A stretch of DNA of 64,000 bases from a virus: the IMG/VR virus record IMGVR_UViG_3300043436_003696, positions 26,099 to 90,098 of that record; one strand, given 5' to 3'. Within the stretch, counting starts at the first letter, position 1, and the number at the start of each line of letters is the position of its first letter. Of the stretch, positions 1 to 9,637 are shown piece after piece. The position numbers and the translations under genes were made by a program. Below the pieces are notes generated by a model. The model saw only the letters and a list, made by a program, of their open reading frames with translations, made no database searches and was not told the DNA's origin.

Positions 1-1
1 A

Positions 2-205
2 GAATTAGTTAATACTTATAATAAAATGTCTTCTACTAGAAAAACAGAATTTGCTAATAGTACTGGAATTAAAAACTCACAACAATTTGAAAGTAATGTA
101 ACTGAAATTGTAAATAAACTTTCTGAAAATGAAAATTTAACAACAAAAGATATTGATACAATAATTAGAGATACAATTAATAAATGTTTTAAAGGAAAAG
201 TATAA
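2..205 (+). CDS. 3' end of upstream large virion protein (partial)
   Basis: Open frame from base 2 (ELVNTYNK...INKCFKGKV*). Its TAA overlaps the next ATG (TAATG). Position matches the crAss giant-protein block. Confidence 0.7.
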   Translation, partial: ELVNTYNKMSSTRKTEFANSTGIKNSQQFESNVTEIVNKLSENENLTTKDIDTIIRDTINKCFKGKV

Positions 206-3200
206 TGGCTACATGTATAAACAGAAATCACCCTAATTTTAAACAAATTAGTGAAGCTAATAATAATAATGATATATTAGCTAATATTTTAATTGATAAT
301 TGGCAACAACGTAATAATACGGATATTATACCAACTTTAGAAGAATTAAAAGGTAAATCTTTTAGTGTTATTAAACCAGGTGTAGAAGAATTATTTGATT
401 CTAACCCTGAATTACCATCTCAAGTATATGAAGCTTTAGGGTTTGAAAATTTAACAAGAGACCAATTTAATAATATTACGAATATGAATTCTGATATTAA
501 TAATGGTTGGAAGTTACATTTATCTATAAAAGGAGTAGAAGAATATGAATCAACTGAAGACAGTACACCATCTAAAGAAATTGAAAAAAGAGCTACTAAA
601 ACAATTTCTATTTTAAATACTTTAAAAAATAGAAATTTAATACAAGATTATAAAATAGGAAATGATGGAGGGCAGCCAGGTAAAAACATTACAGTCTATA
701 TCGGAAATTCAAAAACTATAGATGAAGTTGTTAAAATATTATCAACAGATGAATTAAGAGAGTCTAACATAGAAGGAAATTTAAGTTTAGCTAAAGGTAT
801 TTCTGCAAGATTTGATTCTCATAGAAACGATTTAAAAGTAGATTCTGAAAAATATAAACTATTTAGATATGGTGTAAATGGAATACCAAATATAAGATAT
901 GGCTCTAGTGGAGTTAATCAATATTCAAATGAAGAAATTCCTTATAGTTTAGAATTGTTACAAGCATCATTAGGTAGTTATTTTAATAGTTCGTCTATTA
1001 TAAATAATAAACTTAATAAGCTATATCCTAATACTGTACAGATTAGCAGTCAAATAACCCCACAACAAAAACAACAAGCTTTACAACAATATTCTCAATA
1101 CTTAGATACTATATTTCCTGATAGTAAAGTAAAAGATATTGTTTATCATGGTACAGAAGATAAATTTGACAAATTTGATATAAAGTATTTTGGAAAAAAT
1201 GATTTCGGAGATTTAGGTAAAGGTTTTTATTTTGCTTTTGATAAAGCTAGTATATTTAATGAACCTATTGTTGTATCTGCTATTGTTAATGATACTAACA
1301 GTAAACAAAGTCCTGGATATGAGATAATGATTCCCAATGCAGAACAAATTCATATACTAGGAAATAAACAAGATATAGAAGGGTTTAAAGAGTTTGTAGG
1401 CAAAAAAAATAATTTAGAATCTTTTCAAAAAGATAAAGAAGGCAAAGTAATTAAAGTAGAAAGTAGTGACGAATTAATTGATTGGTTAAAACAAAATAAT
1501 ATAATTACAAAACAAACTGAAAAAGGTGATTGGTTATTAAAAGTTTCTATTGATGCAACACCTACAGGTATTCAAACTAATAAAAACTTAGATAAATTAA
1601 AAAGTATTAAAGGTAAAAATATAATAAGAATTAATAAAACCAATGAAAAATTTAAAGAAACTTTTAAAACTAATTTAAATATAATTGAACCTAATTTATT
1701 AAATAGTGGTATAGTTAAATTTAATAAAGAAGCTTTAACTTTATTAAATAGCCCCACTATAAATTTTCAATTATCTTCTAAAGATACTGAAAATTTTATA
1801 CCTGATGAACAATTAGATTCTCGTATTAGAGAATTTTGTACTAAACTTGGTATTAAAGTAAATATTGATTCTGTTTTAGATGCAGAAGGTAATCCTATAC
1901 CAGACGTTGTAGCCAGAGCTAAATTTGTTAGAGAAAACTTATCTGCTATTATTGATATTGCTCAAAATAAACAAGGTTATGACACGTTAACAGAAGAAGC
2001 TGTACATTTTTTAGTATGGATGATGCGAGGAACTCCTTTATATAATTCTATGATTAATGATGTAATAAAAACAGATACTTATAAACAAGTTAAAAAAGAA
2101 TATGCAAATGTATATTCTTCTGAAATACAGTTTAAAGAAGAAGCTATTACTAAATTAATAACTGAATCTGTTATTCAACAACACCAAAAAGGAACTAAAC
2201 TTACTTTTGATGAATATACCAATATTAATAATAGAATAAATCGTTGGTTTAATAAAGTAATGTCGTTTATAAAAGATTTATTAGCTAAATATTCTGTTAA
2301 TGAATATGATGTAGCTGCTATGAAACTTTTATTTAATGATACATCTGATTTATCTTTAAATAATATAAATAACAATGAAGAAATGTATCAATTAGAAACT
2401 AATGATATATCTTCTAAAATTAATGATGCGATTAATAAAATTAAAAGTAGACATATTAAAAGAGATTCTAACCATAAGTATAGTGAAGATGGTTTTGAGT
2501 ATTCAAAAAGTGTTACTGAATATATTCAAAGAAATAAACAATTTCCTGATAGAAGCCCTTCTGAAAAAGAACAAGACGAATTTGCTAGAAAAATAGGAGA
2601 TTTAGGTCACGCTGATTTTAATAACTCATTAAAAAGAGCAATTGAATTAAAAGAAATTGGTAGTTATAAAACAGCAATAGAAATATACACTAATCCCTCT
2701 ATTAGAAGTAAAATTGATACTTTAGTAGATGATATAGTTTCTTCTTATGGAGAAAATGCTAGATTCTTAACTGAACAAATGATTGGTGATAAAAGTAAAG
2801 ATATTGCAGGAGCATTTGACTTTTTAGTAGTTTATGAAAAAAATAATCAGGTAGAAGCAGAAATTTTAGATTTTAAATTTACTCAATTTAAAAAAGAAAA
2901 AAGTAAAGTAATTGCTGATGAAATACCTGCTTATAAAAAGAAAGATTATCAAGAACAGTTAAAAACATATAAAAATATTTTACAAAATGCTTATGGGTTA
3001 AAATTTAATATTAATGCGTCATTAATACCTATTGGATTAAACACTATTAAAAAAGACAATAATTGGTTTTTAACTGGTGTTGAAATAGGTTCTACTAAAT
3101 TTAATGAAGAAAAAAAATATTTAAATCCTATACCTTTAGAAACAAATAAAACAGGTAATGATTCTGTAGATTCTATAGTAGCTGGTTTAGTGGCACAAAA

Positions 3201-6141
3201 AAATATAATTACAAAACAAGAACCTGAAACAGAAGAAGAAAAAAATAAAAAAATTATACGTCTTAAATCAATTAATGCAACTATTAAAAAAATTATTCTT
3301 ACAAAAGATTTAGAAGAATTTTTTAACGAAGCTAAATTTGAATTAGATAATATTTTATCTGGTAATATAACACCTGAAAAATTAGAAGCTGCTGGAGAAA
3401 TTTTACCTTTTTATAAAAACTTAAACTTTAGTGATTATATTAGTTCTTTTTCAGAAGATAAAGAATTACAAAAAACAGCTGTAAATAATTTAGGTAATTT
3501 TTTAATTAAAATACAAAAAATAGAAAAAATTTATAACGAAAATTTAGATAAAATAGCTGATAGTATTGGAGAAAAACTTGGAGTTGATGGTATAAATATA
3601 CCACAAAAAGATATTGGGTGGTGGTCTAAAATACTTAGTTACTTTTCAAGTAGCCAAAATCCGCATATACAAAGTTTATATAAATTATGGATTTCTGCAA
3701 AAGATACTGCAAGATTAGCTTTTGAAAAAGATTTAACAGAAATTGAAAAACTTCATAAAGATGTTTTAGAGTATGCTTCTAAAAACGGTATTGAATCTAA
3801 AAATGCTTATAAATTCATGCTTAAAAGAGATAAATTTAATAATCTTATTTTAATTGATAAATTTAGTAAAGAAGCTAGAAAAAAAATAAATAAAGCTAGA
3901 GAAGAAAAAAATTACTCTTATCTAAAAAAAGTTTTAGAATTTGATGAAAAGAAATACCTTGAAAAATATGAACAAGATAAAGCTTTTTATGAAAAACGAT
4001 ATGAAGGGGATAATAAAAAAATAAAACAAATGTTAGAGTTAACTAAAAAACAATTTGATGTTAGAAAATCTGAATATGCTTTATTAAATAAAAATAATCG
4101 CTTTGTAAAACTAAATGAAAAAGAAGTAGAAAAATCTAGTGAGTATGAACACATACAAAAAACACCTGAATTAAAAGCTTTTTACGATTATTTTGTAGAT
4201 AAAGTTTCTAATACTAGAAAAGAATTAGGTTTAGAATATGATTATAAGTTTGTACCACAAATAGGTAAGTCTATTATAGAAGCTATAACAGATGACGATA
4301 CTAAATTTAGTTTTGGAGATAATTTTTGGAATAGTGTTTCTACTAATAAAAATGGTAGTTATGGTGAAGTAAATGTTTTAACAGGTAATGTTGAATACCA
4401 AATATCTATGCCTTATCAAACTAAAATTGGTGAAAATTCTTCAGCAGATTTAGGTAAAGTTTTAGCATTATGGAGTAAAGCTGCACATGATACTAACCAA
4501 CTTAAAAAAATAGAAACTAGTAGTAAAATATTATTACAACACCTTGAAAAACAAGAATTTTATTTAACAGATTTTTTTGGTGACCCCAAAACTAAAAAAG
4601 ATTCACAAGATTTAGCATTAGTCAATGCTGAAAATAGTAACACTCTATCTGCATATATTAGTTATATGCAAGAAGCTATTTACGGTGTACAAAACGCTAA
4701 TGGTATGGCATTACCTAAAACAAGAAAAAGAGCTAAACGTGATTCAGAAGGTAATGTTGTAAAAGATGAAAATGGTAATATTGTAATGGAAGAATATGAA
4801 TTACCTGTTAGTGTAGATAAGTTAGTACAAAAAGTATTATCTTATATATCTGGTAATGCTTTAGGTTTTAATGTAATTTCAGCAGGAGCTAACTTAGGTG
4901 GAGGATTAGCTAACGGTTATTATATAGCACATCAAGATAAATTTTACAATAAAAAACAATTTACTAACGCAATTAGATTATTTAGTGCTGGTAGTATGAA
5001 TCTTCAGACAAAAGCTTTATTAAGGTACTTTGATATTACAGGTAATATGGAAGGTTTTAATAAAGCAAATGCATTATCAGTAAGTGCTGCTGACAGATTT
5101 TTAACTTATGATAAGTTATATACACTACAGAAAAAAGGAGATGATTTAATACATAACACAATTTTATTATCATTACTTCAATCTCATGGTATTTCAGAAA
5201 ATGGTAAAATAAAACTTTTGTCTAAATTACCAGAAGGTACTAAATCTTTACTAGAATCTACTGAAATTAAAGAAGATGAAATTTATATTAAAGGATTAAC
5301 TGATAATAAAGATAAAACAGAATATTTAAATTTTAGACGTAAAGCACATGAACTATCTAAAAAAATAGTAGGTGTTAGTCCTGACCATGATATTAGATTA
5401 GCTAATCAAACTATTATGGGTAGAATATTAATGCAGTTTAGAAATTGGTTGCCTAGAATGGCTGAAGAAAGATTTATGATTGGTACTAGATTTAATAAAA
5501 ATTTAGATGATTTTGAAAAAGGTAGATACATTAGTTTTGTACAGTTTCTTAATAAAAATATAACTGATGGTATGCTACAAATAACAAAATCATATATTGG
5601 TATAGGTGGTAATTTTGATGAAGTACTTTCTAAAAAATGGGAATTATTAAATCAAGAAACTAAAAACAAATATTTAAATAATACAGCAAATGAAGCAGAA
5701 GCAAAAGCGTCTTTCATATCTACTGAAAAAGCTAATTTAAAAGCAACAGTTTTAGAATTACAACTCATGTCTTTATTATTTGCTGCATTAATGCTATTAA
5801 ATGGTGGGGATGATGATGATGATAAATCACCAGTTAAAAAAATGCTTATAGCTATGACAGATAGATTACATAGTGAACTTTCTTTTTTTGTTTTACCACC
5901 ATCATTTTTAACAATTATAAAATCTCCTGTAGCTGCAAGTAGTACACTTAATGATAGTTATAACATAGTTGAAGATATTATAGGTCAAACAGTAGGTTTT
6001 ATTACAAATGATGAAGATAGAATGGATAAAAATAAACCTTTAAAAAGAACAGGTAAAATGTTTCCGCTTTTAAAAGAAGGTATAAAAGATTTTGACATTA
6101 TGTTTGATGACAGTTATCTTGATAATATTAAAAGTTGGTAA
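205..6141 (+). CDS. Giant (1978 aa) crAss-like virion/ejected polyvalent protein with lyase-like, ART-like, zincin-like and PD-(D/E)xK-like segments
   Basis: N-terminal MATCINRNHPNFK; GWKLHLS...GKNITVY; VYHGT...GKGFYF; TLTEEAVHF; AGAFDFLVV...ILDFKFT; long helical C-terminus. Last gene of a + block, followed by a terminator. Confidence 0.7.
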   Translation: MATCINRNHPNFKQISEANNNNDILANILIDNWQQRNNTDIIPTLEELKGKSFSVIKPGVEELFDSNPELPSQVYEALGFENLTRDQFNNITNMNSDINNGWKLHLSIKGVEEYESTEDSTPSKEIEKRATKTISILNTLKNRNLIQDYKIGNDGGQPGKNITVYIGNSKTIDEVVKILSTDELRESNIEGNLSLAKGISARFDSHRNDLKVDSEKYKLFRYGVNGIPNIRYGSSGVNQYSNEEIPYSLELLQASLGSYFNSSSIINNKLNKLYPNTVQISSQITPQQKQQALQQYSQYLDTIFPDSKVKDIVYHGTEDKFDKFDIKYFGKNDFGDLGKGFYFAFDKASIFNEPIVVSAIVNDTNSKQSPGYEIMIPNAEQIHILGNKQDIEGFKEFVGKKNNLESFQKDKEGKVIKVESSDELIDWLKQNNIITKQTEKGDWLLKVSIDATPTGIQTNKNLDKLKSIKGKNIIRINKTNEKFKETFKTNLNIIEPNLLNSGIVKFNKEALTLLNSPTINFQLSSKDTENFIPDEQLDSRIREFCTKLGIKVNIDSVLDAEGNPIPDVVARAKFVRENLSAIIDIAQNKQGYDTLTEEAVHFLVWMMRGTPLYNSMINDVIKTDTYKQVKKEYANVYSSEIQFKEEAITKLITESVIQQHQKGTKLTFDEYTNINNRINRWFNKVMSFIKDLLAKYSVNEYDVAAMKLLFNDTSDLSLNNINNNEEMYQLETNDISSKINDAINKIKSRHIKRDSNHKYSEDGFEYSKSVTEYIQRNKQFPDRSPSEKEQDEFARKIGDLGHADFNNSLKRAIELKEIGSYKTAIEIYTNPSIRSKIDTLVDDIVSSYGENARFLTEQMIGDKSKDIAGAFDFLVVYEKNNQVEAEILDFKFTQFKKEKSKVIADEIPAYKKKDYQEQLKTYKNILQNAYGLKFNINASLIPIGLNTIKKDNNWFLTGVEIGSTKFNEEKKYLNPIPLETNKTGNDSVDSIVAGLVAQKNIITKQEPETEEEKNKKIIRLKSINATIKKIILTKDLEEFFNEAKFELDNILSGNITPEKLEAAGEILPFYKNLNFSDYISSFSEDKELQKTAVNNLGNFLIKIQKIEKIYNENLDKIADSIGEKLGVDGINIPQKDIGWWSKILSYFSSSQNPHIQSLYKLWISAKDTARLAFEKDLTEIEKLHKDVLEYASKNGIESKNAYKFMLKRDKFNNLILIDKFSKEARKKINKAREEKNYSYLKKVLEFDEKKYLEKYEQDKAFYEKRYEGDNKKIKQMLELTKKQFDVRKSEYALLNKNNRFVKLNEKEVEKSSEYEHIQKTPELKAFYDYFVDKVSNTRKELGLEYDYKFVPQIGKSIIEAITDDDTKFSFGDNFWNSVSTNKNGSYGEVNVLTGNVEYQISMPYQTKIGENSSADLGKVLALWSKAAHDTNQLKKIETSSKILLQHLEKQEFYLTDFFGDPKTKKDSQDLALVNAENSNTLSAYISYMQEAIYGVQNANGMALPKTRKRAKRDSEGNVVKDENGNIVMEEYELPVSVDKLVQKVLSYISGNALGFNVISAGANLGGGLANGYYIAHQDKFYNKKQFTNAIRLFSAGSMNLQTKALLRYFDITGNMEGFNKANALSVSAADRFLTYDKLYTLQKKGDDLIHNTILLSLLQSHGISENGKIKLLSKLPEGTKSLLESTEIKEDEIYIKGLTDNKDKTEYLNFRRKAHELSKKIVGVSPDHDIRLANQTIMGRILMQFRNWLPRMAEERFMIGTRFNKNLDDFEKGRYISFVQFLNKNITDGMLQITKSYIGIGGNFDEVLSKKWELLNQETKNKYLNNTANEAEAKASFISTEKANLKATVLELQLMSLLFAALMLLNGGDDDDDKSPVKKMLIAMTDRLHSELSFFVLPPSFLTIIKSPVAASSTLNDSYNIVEDIIGQTVGFITNDEDRMDKNKPLKRTGKMFPLLKEGIKDFDIMFDDSYLDNIKSW

Positions 6142-6150
6142 TTAATAAAT

Positions 6151-6180
6151 AGAAAAGGGGTTATTAACCCCTTTTTCTTT
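6151..6180. terminator. Bidirectional rho-independent terminator between convergent gene blocks
   Basis: AAAAGGGGTT-ATT-AACCCCTTTT hairpin with A and T tracts on either side. Confidence 0.85.
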
Positions 6181-6246
6181 GCGATAAAAACTTTTAGCCT
6201 TGCCCTATACTTAAAATTTTTAGTTTCTACTGGCTAAAATTTTTAA

Positions 6247-6786
6247 CTATTTTAAAAAAGTATTAGTTGTTACTATTTCTAAGGTTTTTCGTTCTTCATC
6301 TAAATTTCTATTTAATGCAGCTTCTTCTGTAAACTTTTCTGGATAACGTACTTTTAATTTTTCTATGTTGTTGTATAAACATTTTTCAAAATTTAAATTA
6401 TAATATTCTGCTATACATTTCATAGTAAATATTATATCATTATGATTATTACGTTGTATATCAAAATATAAAAGATGTCTTAATATTTCATCAAAATCTT
6501 CTATTTTATAATTAGCTATATATTTTTCTAATGTTACTTCGAGATTTAAAAAAGTAGCTTCATTACAAGCATACCAAGCTACATCTGCTAATTCTTCACC
6601 TAAATTTACTATATCAATAGATTTTTTATAAGCTAATTCTTTTTTAAATATATCTAATATTTCACCTATTTCTGTTAATACCCCTAATTTCATGTGTAAT
6701 AAATCTTTTTCTAAACTTCCTAAACTTACGCAAGTTCTTTTAGCTAATTGTTGGTATTCTTGTATTGTTAATGTATTATTGCTCAT
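6247..6786 (-). CDS. MazG-like nucleotide pyrophosphohydrolase
   Basis: EYQQLAKRT, LGVLTEIGEILDIFKK, EELADVAWY, NIEKLKVRYP motifs. Confidence 0.85.
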   Translation of the reverse strand: MSNNTLTIQEYQQLAKRTCVSLGSLEKDLLHMKLGVLTEIGEILDIFKKELAYKKSIDIVNLGEELADVAWYACNEATFLNLEVTLEKYIANYKIEDFDEILRHLLYFDIQRNNHNDIIFTMKCIAEYYNLNFEKCLYNNIEKLKVRYPEKFTEEAALNRNLDEERKTLEIVTTNTFLK

Positions 6787-6859
6787 ATTTTTTTTTCAAT
6801 TAAATTTAAATCCTCATAATTTTACATAAAAAGATAAACTTTCATATAGTTCTTTGTAA

Positions 6860-7162
6860 CTAATTGTTTTCTGTTTTAGTTTTATATTGCTCATAAAGTA
6901 TATCTAATATTTTCATACCTTCTTCAAATTCTTTGTCTAATTCTTCAATAGGTAATTGTTTATCAATTCGTTTTATAAAATAATCATTTCGTTCTATAGC
7001 TTTTTTAATTAATTTTTTATAATCATTATTTATATATTCTTGTAAAAACAAAAATTGTTCATTTAATGCTTTACTAAGTCTATATAAAATAATAATGTGT
7101 TTAATTAATTCTTTTCCAGTTAATTTATTGCTTAAATTACCATTCAATTCTGTCATAACCAT
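6860..7162 (-). CDS. Hypothetical protein
   Basis: 100 aa ORF in the operon, overlapping the ung end. Confidence 0.6.
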   Translation of the reverse strand: MVMTELNGNLSNKLTGKELIKHIIILYRLSKALNEQFLFLQEYINNDYKKLIKKAIERNDYFIKRIDKQLPIEELDKEFEEGMKILDILYEQYKTKTENN

Positions 7163-7817
7163 TATCCATTAAAAATTTATTAGCTAAACTAAAACAATTA
7201 TTATAATTCCATTTTTTATCTTCATTATATAATGAAGCATTAGGGTGTTCACATTCTATAATTAATGCTTTTTTATTTACTATGTGTAATTTAACTTCTT
7301 TGGTTTTTTTACCAAATAATAAATAAAGAACAGGTTCATTTTTTTCTTGTAATTTATAAATAATAGCTGTTATAAATTTATCCCAATCTAAAATAGTATG
7401 ACTTTCAGGTTTTTGTTTTTCAACAGATAATGTTTTATTTAATAATAAAATTCCTTGATTAGCCCATCTTTCTAAATTACCATCTTGTTCTACTTTAAAC
7501 CCTTTGTAAATATCTTCTTCTATTGCTTTAAATATAGTTTCTAAAGCAAAAGGATATTTCATAGCATCTTCTCTACAGCTAAATGCTAGTCCATCTGATT
7601 CACCATTAGTATAAGGTTCTTGACCTACAATTACAATTTTAGTATTTTTATAAGAAGTTAATTTTAAAGCTTTAAAAAAATCTTTAGGTTCTGGATAAAT
7701 TGTTTTACCTAATGTTATTTCATTTTGAATATAAACACCCATTTTATGAAAATAAGGTTTATGTAGTTCATCTTGTAAAATTTCATCCCAATCATTTTTA
7801 AAAAGATTTACTATCAT
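7137..7817 (-). CDS. ung: Uracil-DNA glycosylase, family 1
   Basis: KIVIVGQEPY, GLAFS, LERWANQGILLLN, HP motif and NCFSLANKFL...IEW C-terminus. Confidence 0.92.
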   Translation of the reverse strand: MIVNLFKNDWDEILQDELHKPYFHKMGVYIQNEITLGKTIYPEPKDFFKALKLTSYKNTKIVIVGQEPYTNGESDGLAFSCREDAMKYPFALETIFKAIEEDIYKGFKVEQDGNLERWANQGILLLNKTLSVEKQKPESHTILDWDKFITAIIYKLQEKNEPVLYLLFGKKTKEVKLHIVNKKALIIECEHPNASLYNEDKKWNYNNCFSLANKFLMDNGYDRIEW

Positions 7818-8002
7818 TATAATTCAGCTCCTTTTCTTGGTGGTATAATAATTGATACAGGTTCTTTTCTTTTAAAAACTTGTACCCAACTTATTTTTTC
7901 TTCATACATTTTTTCACCAAAAAATTCTTTAGCTTTTTTTTGTGCTTTAAAAATATCTTCAGCTTCTATATTTAATGTAAATTCAAATTGTCGTAACATC
8001 AT
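7817..8002 (-). CDS. Hypothetical protein
   Basis: Small ORF translationally coupled to its neighbours. Confidence 0.5.
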   Translation of the reverse strand: MMLRQFEFTLNIEAEDIFKAQKKAKEFFGEKMYEEKISWVQVFKRKEPVSIIIPPRKGAEL

Positions 8003-8196
8003 ATTTCTATTTCTTCATCTAAATTGTTAATAAACTGTGTATGTAAATGATTAAAAGATTTTTCTTCATCATCAATAAAAGTTGTGCAACCACATGTTGC
8101 ACAACTATGTTTTTTACTTGGAATTGGATTTAAACAATTTCTACATTGATTAAATTTATCAGGATTATTTATTACTTCTTCAATCGTCACTATCAT
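7999..8196 (-). CDS. Small zinc-ribbon protein
   Basis: CRNC...CATC. Confidence 0.55.
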   Translation of the reverse strand: MIVTIEEVINNPDKFNQCRNCLNPIPSKKHSCATCGCTTFIDDEEKSFNHLHTQFINNLDEEIEI

Positions 8197-8286
8197 TTTT
8201 ATGTATTAAATCTACATGTTCATTACAATTATTACACCAAGTATCATTACTTTCCCCATTTACTATTGCACCTAAATCTGCCATAA

Positions 8287-8502
8287 TTATTCTATTTTTA
8301 GCAATCCTAGTTTTTTACATTTTATTTTAAAATCTTTAACTTTTTCTTGTATTGCTGAAAAAGGTATATCTTGATTATCTCCACCATTTTCTACAAAATC
8401 TACTAAAGAAACTTTAATATACGGTTCTGCTGAATCAGTTTTTAAAATTACCCATCCTGTATCATAAGGGTAACTAATTTCAAGGCTTATAATATTTCCC
8501 AT
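8287..8502 (-). CDS. Hypothetical protein
   Basis: 71 aa ORF immediately downstream of polA. Confidence 0.5.
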   Translation of the reverse strand: MGNIISLEISYPYDTGWVILKTDSAEPYIKVSLVDFVENGGDNQDIPFSAIQEKVKDFKIKCKKLGLLKIE

Positions 8503-8505
8503 AAT

Positions 8506-9024
8506 TTATTTCTCCCAACATTCGCTTATTTTACAATCTACTTCTACAGGAACACGTTTTAAAACTACTTTAGCCGATTCAATCATTATTCTATTTATTT
8601 CTTCTTTCCACCATTCAGAAATATTTATAGGACATTCTGTTCTAATTTCATCATAAACAGATAATAATATTTTAATAGGTAATTTTTCTGTAGTTATTTT
8701 TGTTTGAATAGTATATAAAGCCCATTTAATAATATCTCCATTAGTTCCTTGTATAGGAGTGTTTTTACCAGCTCGTTCTATTTCTCCTAAAACTGTAAAA
8801 TCATTATTAACTTTTGCAGTTGTCCATTCTGGAAAACGCCTCATTCTTTTAAAAGGTGGTGCTGTTCTAATGTAACCATTAGATTTTGCTACATTACCTA
8901 ATTCATCAAGTAGTTTTTTAACTTTTGGTACAGTGTTAAAAAATTTATCAATAATATTTTTAGCTTCTCTTATAGATATATCCATAGTATCAGCAAGTTT
9001 AAATTCAGACATTCCGTATGCCAA
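8506..9024 (-). CDS. polA: DNA polymerase family A, exon 2
   Basis: Starts LAYGMS (second half of motif B); contains ERAGKNTPIQGT and motif C LSVYDEI. Confidence 0.92.
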   Translation of the reverse strand: MAYGMSEFKLADTMDISIREAKNIIDKFFNTVPKVKKLLDELGNVAKSNGYIRTAPPFKRMRRFPEWTTAKVNNDFTVLGEIERAGKNTPIQGTNGDIIKWALYTIQTKITTEKLPIKILLSVYDEIRTECPINISEWWKEEINRIMIESAKVVLKRVPVEVDCKISECWEK

Positions 9025-9057
9025 CACGGTTACCCTGCATTTTCATACAGGTGTGGA

Positions 9058-9582
9058 CTATCCCTTTGCGTATCTTCCTAGTTCATCTCTTGTTTCGTGA
9101 TGTTTTTGGTGACATCTTTTACAAAGTATTTCTAGGTTATCTAACTCATTATTACTTCTATTTTCATCTTTATGATGAACTAATAGATTTTTTAAAGATT
9201 GACATCTGTTACACATATTAGGTAAATTAGCAAAACCTTTTTTACTATAATTACCTATACCTGTTTTGTACTGATGATTTTTTTCTCTTATTTGATTACC
9301 TCCGCTACCTACTCCAGGTTTTTCAAATTTACCTTTTCGTAAACACCATTGATAAGCATTATACGCATTTCTGCATTTAGGAGAACAAAATTTTAATCCT
9401 TTTCTTTTATTAGTAATAACATTATTACATTTAATACACACTCCCTGTCTAGTCTCTACACACGCCTCTACAACATTTATTGTAGTACTTGGTTCGGGAT
9501 TACCATCAGCATTATCTGTTAAGGTTTCCCCGACTTTAAGGAGTTTTACTTCGGCTTGGCTTTTATTTTTTATTTTTTCCAT
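9058..9582 (-). CDS. Intron-encoded HNH homing endonuclease
   Basis: CNRC...LLVHHKDENRSNNELDNLEILCKRCHQKHH; upstream CIKC/CSPKC zinc finger. Confidence 0.9.
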   Translation of the reverse strand: MEKIKNKSQAEVKLLKVGETLTDNADGNPEPSTTINVVEACVETRQGVCIKCNNVITNKRKGLKFCSPKCRNAYNAYQWCLRKGKFEKPGVGSGGNQIREKNHQYKTGIGNYSKKGFANLPNMCNRCQSLKNLLVHHKDENRSNNELDNLEILCKRCHQKHHETRDELGRYAKG

Positions 9583-9586
9583 ACAT

Positions 9587-9594
9587 CAAAGTTA
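9587..9594 (-). promoter_or_regulatory. Bacteroidota -7 promoter box for the HNH gene
   Basis: TAACTTTG 4 nt upstream of the ATG at 9582. Confidence 0.6.
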
Positions 9595-9637
9595 ATACTT
9601 TTTGCATAAAAAACAATAAATTTTAAATATTTATTTA

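Larger units (their letters stand above)
9025..9637 (-). mobile_element. Group I intron in polA (613 nt)
   Basis: Splicing restores KTINFG|LAYG. The 5' exon ends in U (TTCGGT) and the intron ends in G. IGS GCCAAGCCGAA can pair with both exons (P1/P10). P/Q/R/S-like elements: GTCGGGGAAACC, AATCCCGAACC, GAGACTAGA, GGATAGTCC. Confidence 0.92.

Noticed and set aside
16-246. Short antisense or alternate-frame ORFs in the track (e.g. 16-246, 1572-1757, 9993-10265, 21800-22066, 58166-58510, 61906-62331)
   Set aside because: They overlap well-supported genes and look like shadow frames of AT-rich coding sequence
205-6141. Calling the giant protein the virion RNA polymerase catalytic subunit
   Set aside because: No DxDxD catalytic motif in an RNAP context was recognised; that subunit probably lies upstream of the window
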